Shown: in pieces, positions 36,623-46,006 of the stretch
Layout: each line of letters begins with the position of its first letter
Position numbering within the stretch: the stretch's first letter is position 1
Assembly (NCBI GenBank): GCA_963836075.1
Contig: CAWIIB010000001.1
Span: forward strand, 128,001 to 192,000
Length of the DNA stretch: 64,000 nucleotides
Origin: an uncultured Acidobacteriota bacterium
Lineage (GTDB): Bacteria; Acidobacteriota; JAQAZP01
Direction of reading: 5' to 3'
Translations under genes and position numbers: made by a program
The notes under the pieces: generated by a model
What the model was told of the DNA's origin: nothing
Databases searched by the model: none
The model's input: only the letters and a program-made list of their open reading frames with translations

Positions 36623-37120
36623 ATGCGAAGACGGGTCATCGGTGTGGTGGGAGGTGCCGGGGCCGACCGGGAAGCCTGCCGGCTGGCCTACCGGCTGGGC
36701 CGGATGGTGGCCGGTGGCGGAGACGTGCTGCTCTGTGGGGGTCGGCCCGAGGGGGTGATGGAGCACGCCGCCCGCGGGGCGCGCGATGGTGGCGGGTTGA
36801 CCCTGGGTATCCTTCCGGGGAACGATCCCGACCAGGCATCGCCGAATATCGACCTGGCCGTGGCCACAGGTATGGGCAACGCCCGCAACGCGATAAATGT
36901 GCTCTCCAGCGACGCAGTGGTGGCTTGTGCCGGTGGCACGGGAACCATTTCCGAGGTGGCTCTTGCCCTGAAGAGCGGAAAATTGGTAGTGGCTCTGGGG
37001 TTTGATCCGGGTAGTTGCTTTATGCCCTGGCTCGGCCGGGGGTTATATCGTGCCGGCTCCGCCGAGGAGGCGTACCGCCTGGTGTCGGACCACCTGGATC
37101 AGAGGGCCAAGACCCGGTGA
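36623..37120 (+). CDS. TIGR00725-family LOG-like Rossmann-fold protein
   Basis: IGVVGG, GVMEHAARGA, TGMGNARN and GTGTISEVALA motifs. Confidence 0.85.
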   Translation: MRRRVIGVVGGAGADREACRLAYRLGRMVAGGGDVLLCGGRPEGVMEHAARGARDGGGLTLGILPGNDPDQASPNIDLAVATGMGNARNAINVLSSDAVVACAGGTGTISEVALALKSGKLVVALGFDPGSCFMPWLGRGLYRAGSAEEAYRLVSDHLDQRAKTR

Positions 37121-37171
37121 CCGGCCCGCGATGGAGCGGACAGTGTTGTAGAATCAGACGAGGACGGGACT

Positions 37172-38308
37172 GTGGATTCCATACAGGTCACGGTTCAGGG
37201 GTTGCAGTATCCCATCACCTTTGGCAGCGATCTGCCCGGGTGGTTGGGTGGCGCGCTGCCCGGGGGAGGGAAGGCGACACCCTTCGTGCTGCTGCTGGTG
37301 GACGAAAAGGTCAGCGAGCTGCACGGTGCCCGGCTGCACCAGGCTTTCGATCAGCTGGGTCTGGAGGTGCGGACCATTCTGGTTCCCGCCGGGGAGACGT
37401 CCAAATCCCTTGAGGTTTACGGCCGTCTCTGTGACCAGGTGCTGTCCTGCGGGCCGGAGCGGGCGACGCCGCTGGTTTCCTGCGGGGGTGGGGTGACCGG
37501 GGACGTTGCCGGATTCGTGGCCGCCACCGTGCTCCGCGGCTTGCCGCTGTACCAGGTGCCCACCACCACTCTGGCCCAGGCCGACAGCGGTGTGGGGGGC
37601 AAGGTGGGGTTGAATCATCCGACGGGGAAAAACCTGCTGGGCGCCTTTTACCAGCCCCGCGCCGTCTATATCGATCCGGCGTTCACCCGGACTCTTGACC
37701 AGCGGGACTACCTGGCTGGACTCTTCGAAGTGGTGAAGATGGGGCTGATCCTGGATGACCGGCTCCACGTCTGGCTGGTGGAGCGGTGGGATCGTCTGCA
37801 GGCGCGGCAGGAGAAGGATCTGGTCCATGCGTTGAAGGCCAGCTGCCGTCTCAAGGCCCGGGTGGTGGAACTGGACGAACGGGAAAAGGGCCCGCGCCGG
37901 GTGCTCAATTTCGGGCACACCGTGGGCCATGTGTTGGAACACCTTTCCGCGGGATCCCTGCGGCACGGTGAGGCCGTGGCCTGGGGGATGGCGGCGGCCG
38001 TCCACCTGTCGGTGGAGCGGGCCGGCCTGGACCGGGAGCAGGCTCTGGCGATCAAGTCCTTGATCTTCGGGCAGCAGATGCTGAGCCGGCCGGACCCTCC
38101 CGATGTTGACTCCTTTCTCCGGCTGCTGGAAAAGGACAAGAAACGGCGTGGAGAAACCATCGACGTTGTCCTGCTCCGGTCGGTGGGCCATACGGTGATC
38201 AATCAGAACCTCGCAGCGGAAGAGATCTGGCAGGCGGCCTGTGACGTGATCCAGGAAGACCGGTCACGCCGGAGACCCGAACCAAGCAGAAAGGCGGCAG
38301 CTGAATGA
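37172..38308 (+). CDS. aroB: 3-dehydroquinate synthase
   Basis: GETSKS, GGGVTGDVAGF, DSGVGGKVG, KNLLGAFYQP, LNFGHTVGH and HGEAV motifs. Confidence 0.96.
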   Translation: MDSIQVTVQGLQYPITFGSDLPGWLGGALPGGGKATPFVLLLVDEKVSELHGARLHQAFDQLGLEVRTILVPAGETSKSLEVYGRLCDQVLSCGPERATPLVSCGGGVTGDVAGFVAATVLRGLPLYQVPTTTLAQADSGVGGKVGLNHPTGKNLLGAFYQPRAVYIDPAFTRTLDQRDYLAGLFEVVKMGLILDDRLHVWLVERWDRLQARQEKDLVHALKASCRLKARVVELDEREKGPRRVLNFGHTVGHVLEHLSAGSLRHGEAVAWGMAAAVHLSVERAGLDREQALAIKSLIFGQQMLSRPDPPDVDSFLRLLEKDKKRRGETIDVVLLRSVGHTVINQNLAAEEIWQAACDVIQEDRSRRRPEPSRKAAAE

Positions 38309-40671
38309 AATCGATCGTTTTCAGAGTTCTTTTGCTTCTGGCCCTGGTGTCGACGCCGTTGCCGGCCGACATCGATCCGGCGGGAGTGGCCCCGGCCGTG
38401 CCCATGCCGGATTCGGGGGCGGAAGTGGAGGGGGCCGCCGACACACCGGGAGGACGGTCACAGGCTTACTACCACTTCCTGCTGGCCAAGGGATACGAGT
38501 TCGAGCACCTCTACGACGATGCCATTCGTGAGCTTCAACAGGCCCTGCTCTTCGATGACCAAACCGCTTTCATCCATTCCGAACTGGCGGCCCTGTACCA
38601 GCGGCTGGGGCGGGAGGGCAAGGCGCTGGAGCACGGGCACGCCGCCATCGAGGCCGATCCGGAGGATGTGGAGGCCCGGGTGTTCCTCGGGATGCTCTAT
38701 TTCAAAAAAAGCCGGCAGGAGGAAAAATACCGCGCGGAGCTGACCGAAAAGGCCATTGAGCAGTTTGTCCAGGCGCTGTCTCTCGACCCGGATCGCGAGG
38801 ATGCCTACCTCGATCTGTCCCACATCTACCACGTCAACGATCGCGATGAGGACGCCCTGGAGTTACTGCAGCGGCTGTTGGAACGGTCGCCATACAGCGA
38901 ACGGGCCCTCTTCGCCCTGGGCAATATCCACTGGTCCCGGCAGGAGTGGGAAAAGTCGCTGGAGGATTACCTGCGTATTCTGGAAATCAACCCCGATTCC
39001 ATCCGGGCCCTGCTGGACGTGGCCGATACCTACAACAACCTGGAAGATCCCGAAAGCGCGTTGCCGTATTATCTCCAAGCCCTGGAGAACAATCCGGAAT
39101 CGTTCAACATTCTTAACCAGGTGGGCACCTGTTACGAGGAGCTGCGGCAGCTGGACCTTGCTGCGCGCTACTACCAGAAGGCCCTGTCGCTCAAGCCGGA
39201 CAGCCTCGAAATTCTGGATGCCCTGGGCAATGTGTCCTTCATGGCACGGAAATATCTCGCCGCCACCGGCTACTACCTCCAGGTCCTGGAAGCGGAACCG
39301 GACCGGATGGTGACCCGTTTCAATCTCGCCAGGTCCTACAAGGGCCTGGGAGAGTCGACTCTGGCCCTGACGCACCTGGAGCGCCTCAACCAGCAGTTGC
39401 GCGACCTGTTCCGCGAGGGTGAGGGGAGCGAGGATCTACAGCGGTTCAAACGGCTGGTCCTGGAGCAACTGGCCAACATCCACGTTTCCCTCGAGCAATA
39501 CGACGGGGCCCTGGCCGTCCTCGAGGAGGCGTCGGCCGCGGATGGCGAGGTGGACCTGGAAGTGCTGCACAACCTGGCCCGCGTGCATCACATGCAGGGC
39601 AACATGGGTGCGGCGCTGCAGGTTCTTGCCCGCTGCCGGGAACAGTTTGACGACCAGCAGGAGACGGACCTCCTGGAGGTGGAGATCCGCCTGGATGCCG
39701 GTCAGCTTGACGGCGTGGACGAAGCGTTGGACCGGTTGGAGAAACTGGCCGGGCAGCAGGGGGTGGACTCCGATCTCTGGCGCAGGCTGGTGGTGCTCTG
39801 CACCGAGAACGGCTACCCGCAGCGGGCCGCGCGGTTGCTGGAGAGCATCACCGCCGGCGAAGCAGGAAAGACACCGATGAGCCTGTTCTTTCTCTCCCGG
39901 GTGCGGATGGACCAGGACGACCTGGAGGGGGCAATGGCCAGCATCCGTGAAGGGCAGCAGCTGTTTCCCGAGGACAGCGACTTCATCTTTCTCGAAGGGG
40001 AGGTCCTGCTGCTGCGGGGCCAGGATGAGAAGTGCCGGGCACTGCTGTCCGGCCTGCTCAAGGGTGAGAAGACCGAGGCCGACGAGTATCTTCGGTCGTC
40101 GCTGCTCTTCAACCGTTTTGAAAAATACGAGCTGGCCGGGGAGTCGCTGGCCAGCGGTCTGAAGCGCTTTCCCGACGACACCACGCTGCTCTTCCAGCAG
40201 GCGGCCACCCTGGAACGCGCGGGGCGGCTGACCGAGGCGGAGAAAGGGTTCAGGCGCCTCCTGGAACTGGAACCGGACAACGCCCAGGCCCTCAACTACC
40301 TCGGCTACATGCTGGCCCAGAGCGGAGAGCGCCTGGACGAGGCCATTGCCCTGGTGGGGCGGGCCCTCCGTGAGGAGCCACGAAACGGTGCGTATCTGGA
40401 CAGCATGGGCTGGGCGCTCTTCAGGGCGGGCATGACCAGGCAGGCCGGGAGTTACCTGCTGGACGCGCTGAAGCTGATCCCCGACGACCCCACCATACGC
40501 GAACATGTGGGTGACTACTTCCTGGCCCTGGGGCAGCGGGACGACGCACTGGTGCACTACCGCAAGGCGCTGGAGTTCGGGGCCGAGGATCCGGACGCGG
40601 TGGAGCGGAAGATGCGGCCGCTTGATCAGGGCGATACCGTTATCAGCGGGGCCGACGGGGAGACTCAATGA
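38305..40671 (+). CDS. Large exported TPR protein
   Basis: Signal peptide; many TPRs; C-terminal ALNYLGYMLA...AYLDSMGW...EHVGD, typical of the TPR protein encoded before lolB/ispE. Confidence 0.88.
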   Translation: MKSIVFRVLLLLALVSTPLPADIDPAGVAPAVPMPDSGAEVEGAADTPGGRSQAYYHFLLAKGYEFEHLYDDAIRELQQALLFDDQTAFIHSELAALYQRLGREGKALEHGHAAIEADPEDVEARVFLGMLYFKKSRQEEKYRAELTEKAIEQFVQALSLDPDREDAYLDLSHIYHVNDRDEDALELLQRLLERSPYSERALFALGNIHWSRQEWEKSLEDYLRILEINPDSIRALLDVADTYNNLEDPESALPYYLQALENNPESFNILNQVGTCYEELRQLDLAARYYQKALSLKPDSLEILDALGNVSFMARKYLAATGYYLQVLEAEPDRMVTRFNLARSYKGLGESTLALTHLERLNQQLRDLFREGEGSEDLQRFKRLVLEQLANIHVSLEQYDGALAVLEEASAADGEVDLEVLHNLARVHHMQGNMGAALQVLARCREQFDDQQETDLLEVEIRLDAGQLDGVDEALDRLEKLAGQQGVDSDLWRRLVVLCTENGYPQRAARLLESITAGEAGKTPMSLFFLSRVRMDQDDLEGAMASIREGQQLFPEDSDFIFLEGEVLLLRGQDEKCRALLSGLLKGEKTEADEYLRSSLLFNRFEKYELAGESLASGLKRFPDDTTLLFQQAATLERAGRLTEAEKGFRRLLELEPDNAQALNYLGYMLAQSGERLDEAIALVGRALREEPRNGAYLDSMGWALFRAGMTRQAGSYLLDALKLIPDDPTIREHVGDYFLALGQRDDALVHYRKALEFGAEDPDAVERKMRPLDQGDTVISGADGETQ

Positions 40672-41486
40672 AGCCGAAACGGCAGCGGCTGTTCCCGGTG
40701 TCATTGATCCTGATCCTGTTCGGTGCTGCGGCCGGGCAGATAGTCCTCCTGGGGTGCTCGGCGCGGCTGGCCGGCAAAGCGGTGCCGTCCGCCGGTGCTG
40801 TTCAGGGCTGCCCGGAGGCTCACCTGGCCAACCTGGAACTGCGGCGGCTGTCGGCCGGAGCGGCGGGCCGGGGACGAGTGCAGTTTGTGGCGGACGACAG
40901 CCGCGGACGGGCTTCCTTCGACTTCGTGTTCCGCCGGCCTGATTCTTTGCGGCTGCAGTTCCTCTCTCCGCTGGGCCCGGCCGCCGCGGTTCTCGATCTC
41001 AGCGGTGATCACTATCTTTTTGCCGATTTTCGCCAGGGGGTCTTTCTCCGGGGCCATGCCGCCGAGGTGGGTTTTCATCGGCTCACCGGCCTTCCGGTTG
41101 CTCCCCGGACCCTGGTTGCGGTGTTGCTGGCCGAGCCGTTGCCCGACCAGGACGGGGTGGCAGAGTTGCGTTTTCAGGATGAAACGTGTCTGCCGCACTC
41201 CTGTGAACTTCGTGGCCGACCCACGGAACCGGCGGTGACCGTGGAATATCACTGGCCCGCCGGGGCCACCGCCCGAGGGGGCGATGATGGCGGTCTGCTC
41301 CTCCCCGACCGGGTGGTCTTCCATGGACCTGAGGCAGGCCGGAAGACCACCATCAGGTTCAAGAGCGTACGTCCACTGTCCGAAACTGAGCGCCGGCAGG
41401 CCCCCGACCCCATCGACACCACCGGACTGCACCCCGCGGTTCCGGACGACACCGGTGAAACCGTGCTTCCCCGGTGGCTCCGATAG
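40668..41486 (+). CDS. Lipoprotein, putative LolB/LolA-fold (DUF4292-like)
   Basis: Lipobox LLGC; RPDSLRLQFLSPLGP and LTGLPV motifs; located between the TPR gene and ispE. Confidence 0.6.
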   Translation: MKPKRQRLFPVSLILILFGAAAGQIVLLGCSARLAGKAVPSAGAVQGCPEAHLANLELRRLSAGAAGRGRVQFVADDSRGRASFDFVFRRPDSLRLQFLSPLGPAAAVLDLSGDHYLFADFRQGVFLRGHAAEVGFHRLTGLPVAPRTLVAVLLAEPLPDQDGVAELRFQDETCLPHSCELRGRPTEPAVTVEYHWPAGATARGGDDGGLLLPDRVVFHGPEAGRKTTIRFKSVRPLSETERRQAPDPIDTTGLHPAVPDDTGETVLPRWLR

Positions 41487-41498
41487 CGCAGGTACGGC

Positions 41499-42392
41499 AT
41501 GGAATTCAATTGCCCGGCCAAGGTCAACCTGGTGCTCGAAGTTCTGGGCCGGCGTCCGGACGGATATCACGAGATCAGGACCATATTCCAGGCGCTGGAG
41601 TTTGCCGACCGTCTGGTGCTCGGGCCAAGAACCGGCCGCGGGCTCAGTCTCGCCCTGCAGGGGGAGGCCGGGGCACTGGTGCCCAGAGGTGCCGACAACC
41701 TTGTCCATGGGGCGTACAGCGCTTTCCAGAGGGCCTTTGGCCCGGTTCCGGGCCTCGAGGTGACCCTGGACAAGAGAATACCTCCGGGGGCCGGTCTGGG
41801 CGGGGGAAGCAGCGATGCCGCGGCCATGCTTCTGGCCCTGCGGAGGATCTGCGGCCGGCCGAGCTCCATCGGGAATCTGGAGGCCGTGGCGGCCGGCCTC
41901 GGTTCCGACGTGCCGTTTTTCCTCCACGGCGGCACGGCACGGGGGACGGGGCGGGGCGAGCGTGTATCAGTCCTTCCGGATTCCGCCAAACATCTGGTGC
42001 TGCTCATTTTACCGCACAAGGTTCTGCGCAGTGAAGATGTCTACCAGGCGTGGGACCCAGTGTTGACAAGCGGGTCGAATCGTATTAGCATCCACCGTTA
42101 TTTGGACGGGAAGGGCGAGGTTTGCCTGAAGCGGGATTTTCAGAGAAACGACCTGGAATCAGTTGTTTTCCGAAATGATCCAGCCTTGGGGGAACTGAAG
42201 GAACTTCTCTACGCCACCGGTGCGGGGTTCGCTTCCCTCTGCGGCAGCGGTTCCGCGCTGTTTGGTCTATACGGCTCGCTGGCTGGGGCGGCTGAGGCCG
42301 CCCGGAGGTTTGAGCCGCTGGCCTGCAGAACCGTGCTGACCCGTTTCCTCGGCCGTGAGGCCCATGGAGCGATGCTCGACCGATCGGTCTGA
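41499..42392 (+). CDS. ispE: 4-diphosphocytidyl-2-C-methyl-D-erythritol kinase
   Basis: PAKVNL, RRPDGYHEI, KRIPPGAGLGGGSSDAA, LGSDVPFF and GSGSA motifs. Confidence 0.96.
   Translation: MEFNCPAKVNLVLEVLGRRPDGYHEIRTIFQALEFADRLVLGPRTGRGLSLALQGEAGALVPRGADNLVHGAYSAFQRAFGPVPGLEVTLDKRIPPGAGLGGGSSDAAAMLLALRRICGRPSSIGNLEAVAAGLGSDVPFFLHGGTARGTGRGERVSVLPDSAKHLVLLILPHKVLRSEDVYQAWDPVLTSGSNRISIHRYLDGKGEVCLKRDFQRNDLESVVFRNDPALGELKELLYATGAGFASLCGSGSALFGLYGSLAGAAEAARRFEPLACRTVLTRFLGREAHGAMLDRSV
42063..42091 (+). promoter_or_regulatory. Internal sigma70 promoter within ispE, probably for tRNA-Gln-prs
   Basis: TTGACA-N17-TAGCAT in a locally AT-enriched part of ispE. Confidence 0.5.
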
Positions 42393-42452
42393 GCCGGCAG
42401 TGAGGTCCGGTACAGGGGAAAGAGAAAGCCGCTTGAGGAGGGCGACCAGAGT

Positions 42453-42527
42453 TGGGGTGTCGTCAAGTGGTAAGACACGGGTCTTTGGAACCCGCATTCG
42501 GAGGTTCGAATCCTCCCACCCCAGCCA
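42453..42527 (+). tRNA. tRNA-Gln(TTG)
   Basis: TGGGGTG...CACCCCA-GCCA; anticodon arm CGGGT-CTTTGGA-ACCCG; ispE-tRNAGln-prs synteny. Confidence 0.96.
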
Positions 42528-42590
42528 TTACTGATGAGCGCCGCAGGCGTTGTTTTTATGTACCCCAACCTGACCGTTGCGGAGGATCAC

Positions 42591-43535
42591 GTGAAGTACT
42601 CGATGAAGATATTTTCGGGGACCGCTCATCCCGCTCTGACGGCGGAAATCTGTCGCTACCTCAAGGTCCGCAAGGGGAAGATTCTTCTCGACCGCTTCAG
42701 TGACGGAGAGATCCGTTGCCAGATTCTGGAGAATGTCCGGGGGCGCGACGTCTACATCGTCCAGCCCACCTGTGTCCCGACCAACGAGAGCATCATGGAG
42801 ATGCTGATCATGCTCGACGCCTTCCGACGGGCATCGGTGCACACGGCCACCGCGGTGATCCCCTACTTCGGCTACGCCCGGCAGGACCGCAAGGACCGGC
42901 CCCGGGTGGCGATCACCGCCAAACTGGTGGCCGACCTGCTGCAGATCGCCGGGGCTGACCGGGTGCTGACCATGGACCTCCACGCCGCACAGATCCAGGG
43001 CTATTTCAACGTGCCGGTGGACAACCTCTATGCCACGCCGGCGCTGATTCCGCACCTGAGGAAAAACCGGAAAATCAAAAAACCGGTGGTGGTCTCACCG
43101 GATGCCGGCGGAGTGGAACGGGCCCGGGCCTTCGCCAAGAAGCTCGACTGCTCGCTGGCCATCGTCGACAAGCGCCGCGACGCGCCCAACGTGGCCGAGG
43201 TGATGAATGTCATCGGTGACGTCAGCGGCCGTGACGCGATCATCGTCGATGACATGGTGGACACCGCCGGCACGATGACCGAAACAGCCGATGCCCTGAG
43301 CAGGATGGGAGCGAACTCGGTTTCGGCCTGCTGCGTCCACCCGGTGCTCTCCGGGCCGGCGTTGCAGCGTTTGGAGAATTCATCGCTGACCAATCTTATT
43401 GTTACCAATACCATCCCCCTCAGCCCGGAGGCGGCGAAGATGGAAAAGATCTCGGTGGTCTCCATCGCCCACCTTCTGGGGGAGGCCATCAAACGGATCT
43501 GTGAGGACAGATCGGTGACCATACTGTTCAACTGA
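42591..43535 (+). CDS. prs: Ribose-phosphate pyrophosphokinase
   Basis: RFSDGEI, PYFGYARQDRK, MDLHAAQIQG, VSPDAGG and IIVDDMVDTAGT motifs. Confidence 0.97.
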   Translation: MKYSMKIFSGTAHPALTAEICRYLKVRKGKILLDRFSDGEIRCQILENVRGRDVYIVQPTCVPTNESIMEMLIMLDAFRRASVHTATAVIPYFGYARQDRKDRPRVAITAKLVADLLQIAGADRVLTMDLHAAQIQGYFNVPVDNLYATPALIPHLRKNRKIKKPVVVSPDAGGVERARAFAKKLDCSLAIVDKRRDAPNVAEVMNVIGDVSGRDAIIVDDMVDTAGTMTETADALSRMGANSVSACCVHPVLSGPALQRLENSSLTNLIVTNTIPLSPEAAKMEKISVVSIAHLLGEAIKRICEDRSVTILFN

Positions 43536-43576
43536 TCGCGGCCAGGCCGTTGCCGATCAGCAGGAAGGAAAGTGTT

Positions 43577-44257
43577 ATGACTGGACAGGCAATCGAGGTA
43601 AAAGCGCGGCAGACCTTCGGCAGCAACGCCAACCGTCGCCTGCGCAAGGAGGGGTTGATCCCCGGAGTCGTTTACGGCCAGGGTAAAGAGAGCATCGCCA
43701 TCGCCGTGGATCCCCGCCGGATCAAGGAGATTCTCAGCTCGGCCAGCGGCGGGAACACCATTTTCCAGCTACAGATGAGCGAGGGCGAGCAGGTGTTCTC
43801 GCTGGACATGATGCTCCGCGACATCCAGGTGGACCCGACAACTGACGGGCTGCTGCATGTTGATTTCTTGCGGCTGGACATGGCAACGGCGATTCAGGTC
43901 AAGGTTCCGCTGGAACTGCTGGGCACGGCAAAGGGGGTCAAGGAACAGGGTGGCCGCCTCGACTTCATTCACCGCGAATTGAATATCGAGTGCCTGCCCG
44001 CGGACATCCCCGACAGTGTCACCGTCGACGTCGCTGAAATGGAGATCGGAGATTCCGTCCGGGTCAAGGATTTGACTTTGGGCGAGAGGATGACCTTCCT
44101 CGACAGCGATGAGATGGTTGTGCTGGTGCTCAACCAGCCGAAGATGGTGGTCGAGGAAGAGCCGGAAGAGGAACTGGCCGAAGGGGAAGAGGCCGCACCG
44201 GACGGCGAGGGAGAGAAGACCGAGGCTCCCGCCGCGGAAGGCGAAGAGAAGAAATAG
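43577..44257 (+). CDS. rplY: 50S ribosomal protein L25 / Ctc
   Basis: RRLRKEGLIPGVVYG, HVDF and GVKEQGG motifs; acidic tail. Confidence 0.96.
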   Translation: MTGQAIEVKARQTFGSNANRRLRKEGLIPGVVYGQGKESIAIAVDPRRIKEILSSASGGNTIFQLQMSEGEQVFSLDMMLRDIQVDPTTDGLLHVDFLRLDMATAIQVKVPLELLGTAKGVKEQGGRLDFIHRELNIECLPADIPDSVTVDVAEMEIGDSVRVKDLTLGERMTFLDSDEMVVLVLNQPKMVVEEEPEEELAEGEEAAPDGEGEKTEAPAAEGEEKK

Positions 44258-44266
44258 CGTCGGGTC

Positions 44267-44923
44267 ATGCTGGCGGAGCACGTTGTGGCGTGGTGGAATC
44301 CATTTCGGCGGCGTCGCACAGCGGGTTCCGATCCGCCGCCGGCGTGGGTCGTGGCCGGGCTGGGCAATCCCGGGCCCGACTACCTGATGTCCCGGCACAA
44401 CTTCGGTTTCATGGCGGCCGACAGGCTGGTCCGTCACTGCGGCGGACGCTGGAGCACGGCAGCCGGTTCCACCCTGCAGCGGTGCCGCGTGCGGATCGGG
44501 GAGGACGTCCCCCTCGAGGTGATCCGGCCGCTGGAATTCATGAACCGCAGCGGCGGCGCGGTGCGCCGGGTGCTCGCTTCGTATGGCCTCGATTCCAGCC
44601 GCTTGATCGTGCTGGTGGATGATCTGGCCCTGCCCCTGGGCAGCCTGAGGATCCGGCAGGGAGGTGGTGACGGTGGCCACAACGGACTGCGATCGGTGGT
44701 CCAGGTTTTGGCAGACGGCGCTTTCACCCGGGTGCGCCTGGGTGTGGCACCGCAGGCCGGTATGCCCCCGGCGGCGGAGTGGGTCGATTTTGTTCTCGGA
44801 TCCTTTGAGCCGGATGAGGAAGAAGTGGTGCGGCGGGTGGCCGGGTTGGCCGTGGAGGCGGTGGCCGATATCGTTGGCCACGGACCGCTGAAGGCAATGA
44901 GCCGTTACAACCGCCGGAAATGA
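44267..44923 (+). CDS. pth: Peptidyl-tRNA hydrolase
   Basis: GLGNPG, RHNFGF, FMNRSG, DDLALPLG and GGHNGLRS motifs. Confidence 0.96.
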   Translation: MLAEHVVAWWNPFRRRRTAGSDPPPAWVVAGLGNPGPDYLMSRHNFGFMAADRLVRHCGGRWSTAAGSTLQRCRVRIGEDVPLEVIRPLEFMNRSGGAVRRVLASYGLDSSRLIVLVDDLALPLGSLRIRQGGGDGGHNGLRSVVQVLADGAFTRVRLGVAPQAGMPPAAEWVDFVLGSFEPDEEEVVRRVAGLAVEAVADIVGHGPLKAMSRYNRRK

Positions 44924-44947
44924 ATGAATGTGAGAGAGTTCACAATG

Positions 44948-45025
44948 GAACTCCTTGCTCCGGGAAAGTCCCGACGCATGGTGCGTACTGGGCTCCGCCG
45001 GGGCTTCAAGCCAAGAGGAGAGCGA
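44948..45025 (+). promoter_or_regulatory. Probable S6:S18 ribosomal-protein leader
   Basis: CTCCTTGC (44951) can pair with GCCAAGAGGAG containing the SD; nested hairpin and unpaired CCG immediately before rpsF. Confidence 0.6.
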
Positions 45026-45029
45026 TGAA

Positions 45030-45668
45030 ATGAGTATGGGACGGTATGAAATCATCTATATTCTGGCGCCGAACACGCCGGAAGACACGATGAACGACCT
45101 GGTGGACCGTTTCGAGTCGGAGGTCATCTCCGGTGGCGGGATACTGCTGCGGGTGGAGAAATGGGGCCGCAAGAAGCTGGCCTACGAGGTTCGGAAGTTT
45201 CGCGAGGGGTTTTTCGTCCTCTTTGTCACCGATTGTGAGGGCGCTCTGGTGGACGAACTGGAACGACGGTTCCGCATGACCGACCAGGTGATCAAGTTCA
45301 TGACCGTGCGCATCGACGAGGAGTTGAAGCGGGCGGGAAAGATGGCCGGGGACGAAGAAATCGGCAAAGCGGTGGAAACGGAGCGGATCGACCGCAGCCG
45401 CCGCAGCGGACCGAAGCCGCCGGTGCGCACCGAGGCTGGTGAAGGTGATGACAAACCGGCAAGCAAAACTGATGATGGGAGCGCCGGGGATAAGGAAACG
45501 GCCAAAACGGATGTGGCAACACCAGTAAAGGATGCCGCGCCGGATGCTGAACAGCCCGCGACCGAGGTGCCCGTGGAGGAGGTCGCCGAACCTGCCGAGT
45601 CCGTCGAGCCCGTCGTGGAAGACGATGACCGGTCGGCCGAAGAAAGCGACGACAGCGAAGAAAAATAA
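45030..45668 (+). CDS. rpsF: 30S ribosomal protein S6 with long acidic tail
   Basis: RYEIIYILAP...WGRKKLAYEVRKFREG...ELERRFRM. Confidence 0.95.
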   Translation: MSMGRYEIIYILAPNTPEDTMNDLVDRFESEVISGGGILLRVEKWGRKKLAYEVRKFREGFFVLFVTDCEGALVDELERRFRMTDQVIKFMTVRIDEELKRAGKMAGDEEIGKAVETERIDRSRRSGPKPPVRTEAGEGDDKPASKTDDGSAGDKETAKTDVATPVKDAAPDAEQPATEVPVEEVAEPAESVEPVVEDDDRSAEESDDSEEK

Positions 45669-45706
45669 CGGGTTCACCCGAAACCACCGGTTGAGGAGTT
45701 GGAAAG

Positions 45707-45976
45707 ATGGCCGAAGCAAGATCATTCAAGGACCGTGGCAGAAAGAAAAAGCAGAAGAAATTCATGTTCCGCCGGAAGAAGATCTGCAAATTCTGCGCGG
45801 ACAAGATCGAATACATCGACTACAAGGATACCCGGTTGCTGCACGGGTTCATTCCGGAGCGGGGCAAGATTCTGCCCCGTCGCATCTCCGGTACCTGTGC
45901 CAAGCACCAGCGGATGTTGACCCGGGCGATAAAGCGGGCGCGCAATATCGCCTTGCTTCCCTTTACCGCCGACTGA
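45707..45976 (+). CDS. rpsR: 30S ribosomal protein S18
   Basis: CKFC...IDYKD...[19 protein letters not shown]...IKRAR. Confidence 0.97.
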   Translation: MAEARSFKDRGRKKKQKKFMFRRKKICKFCADKIEYIDYKDTRLLHGFIPERGKILPRRISGTCAKHQRMLTRAIKRARNIALLPFTAD

Positions 45977-46006
45977 GCGTACTCCGGATCAGCGGAAGGA
46001 ACCGGC

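Noticed and set aside
42530-42560. CTGATGAG after tRNA-Gln resembling a hammerhead ribozyme core
   Set aside because: No GAAA after the adjoining stem; the hairpin plus T-run fits a terminator or attenuator better.
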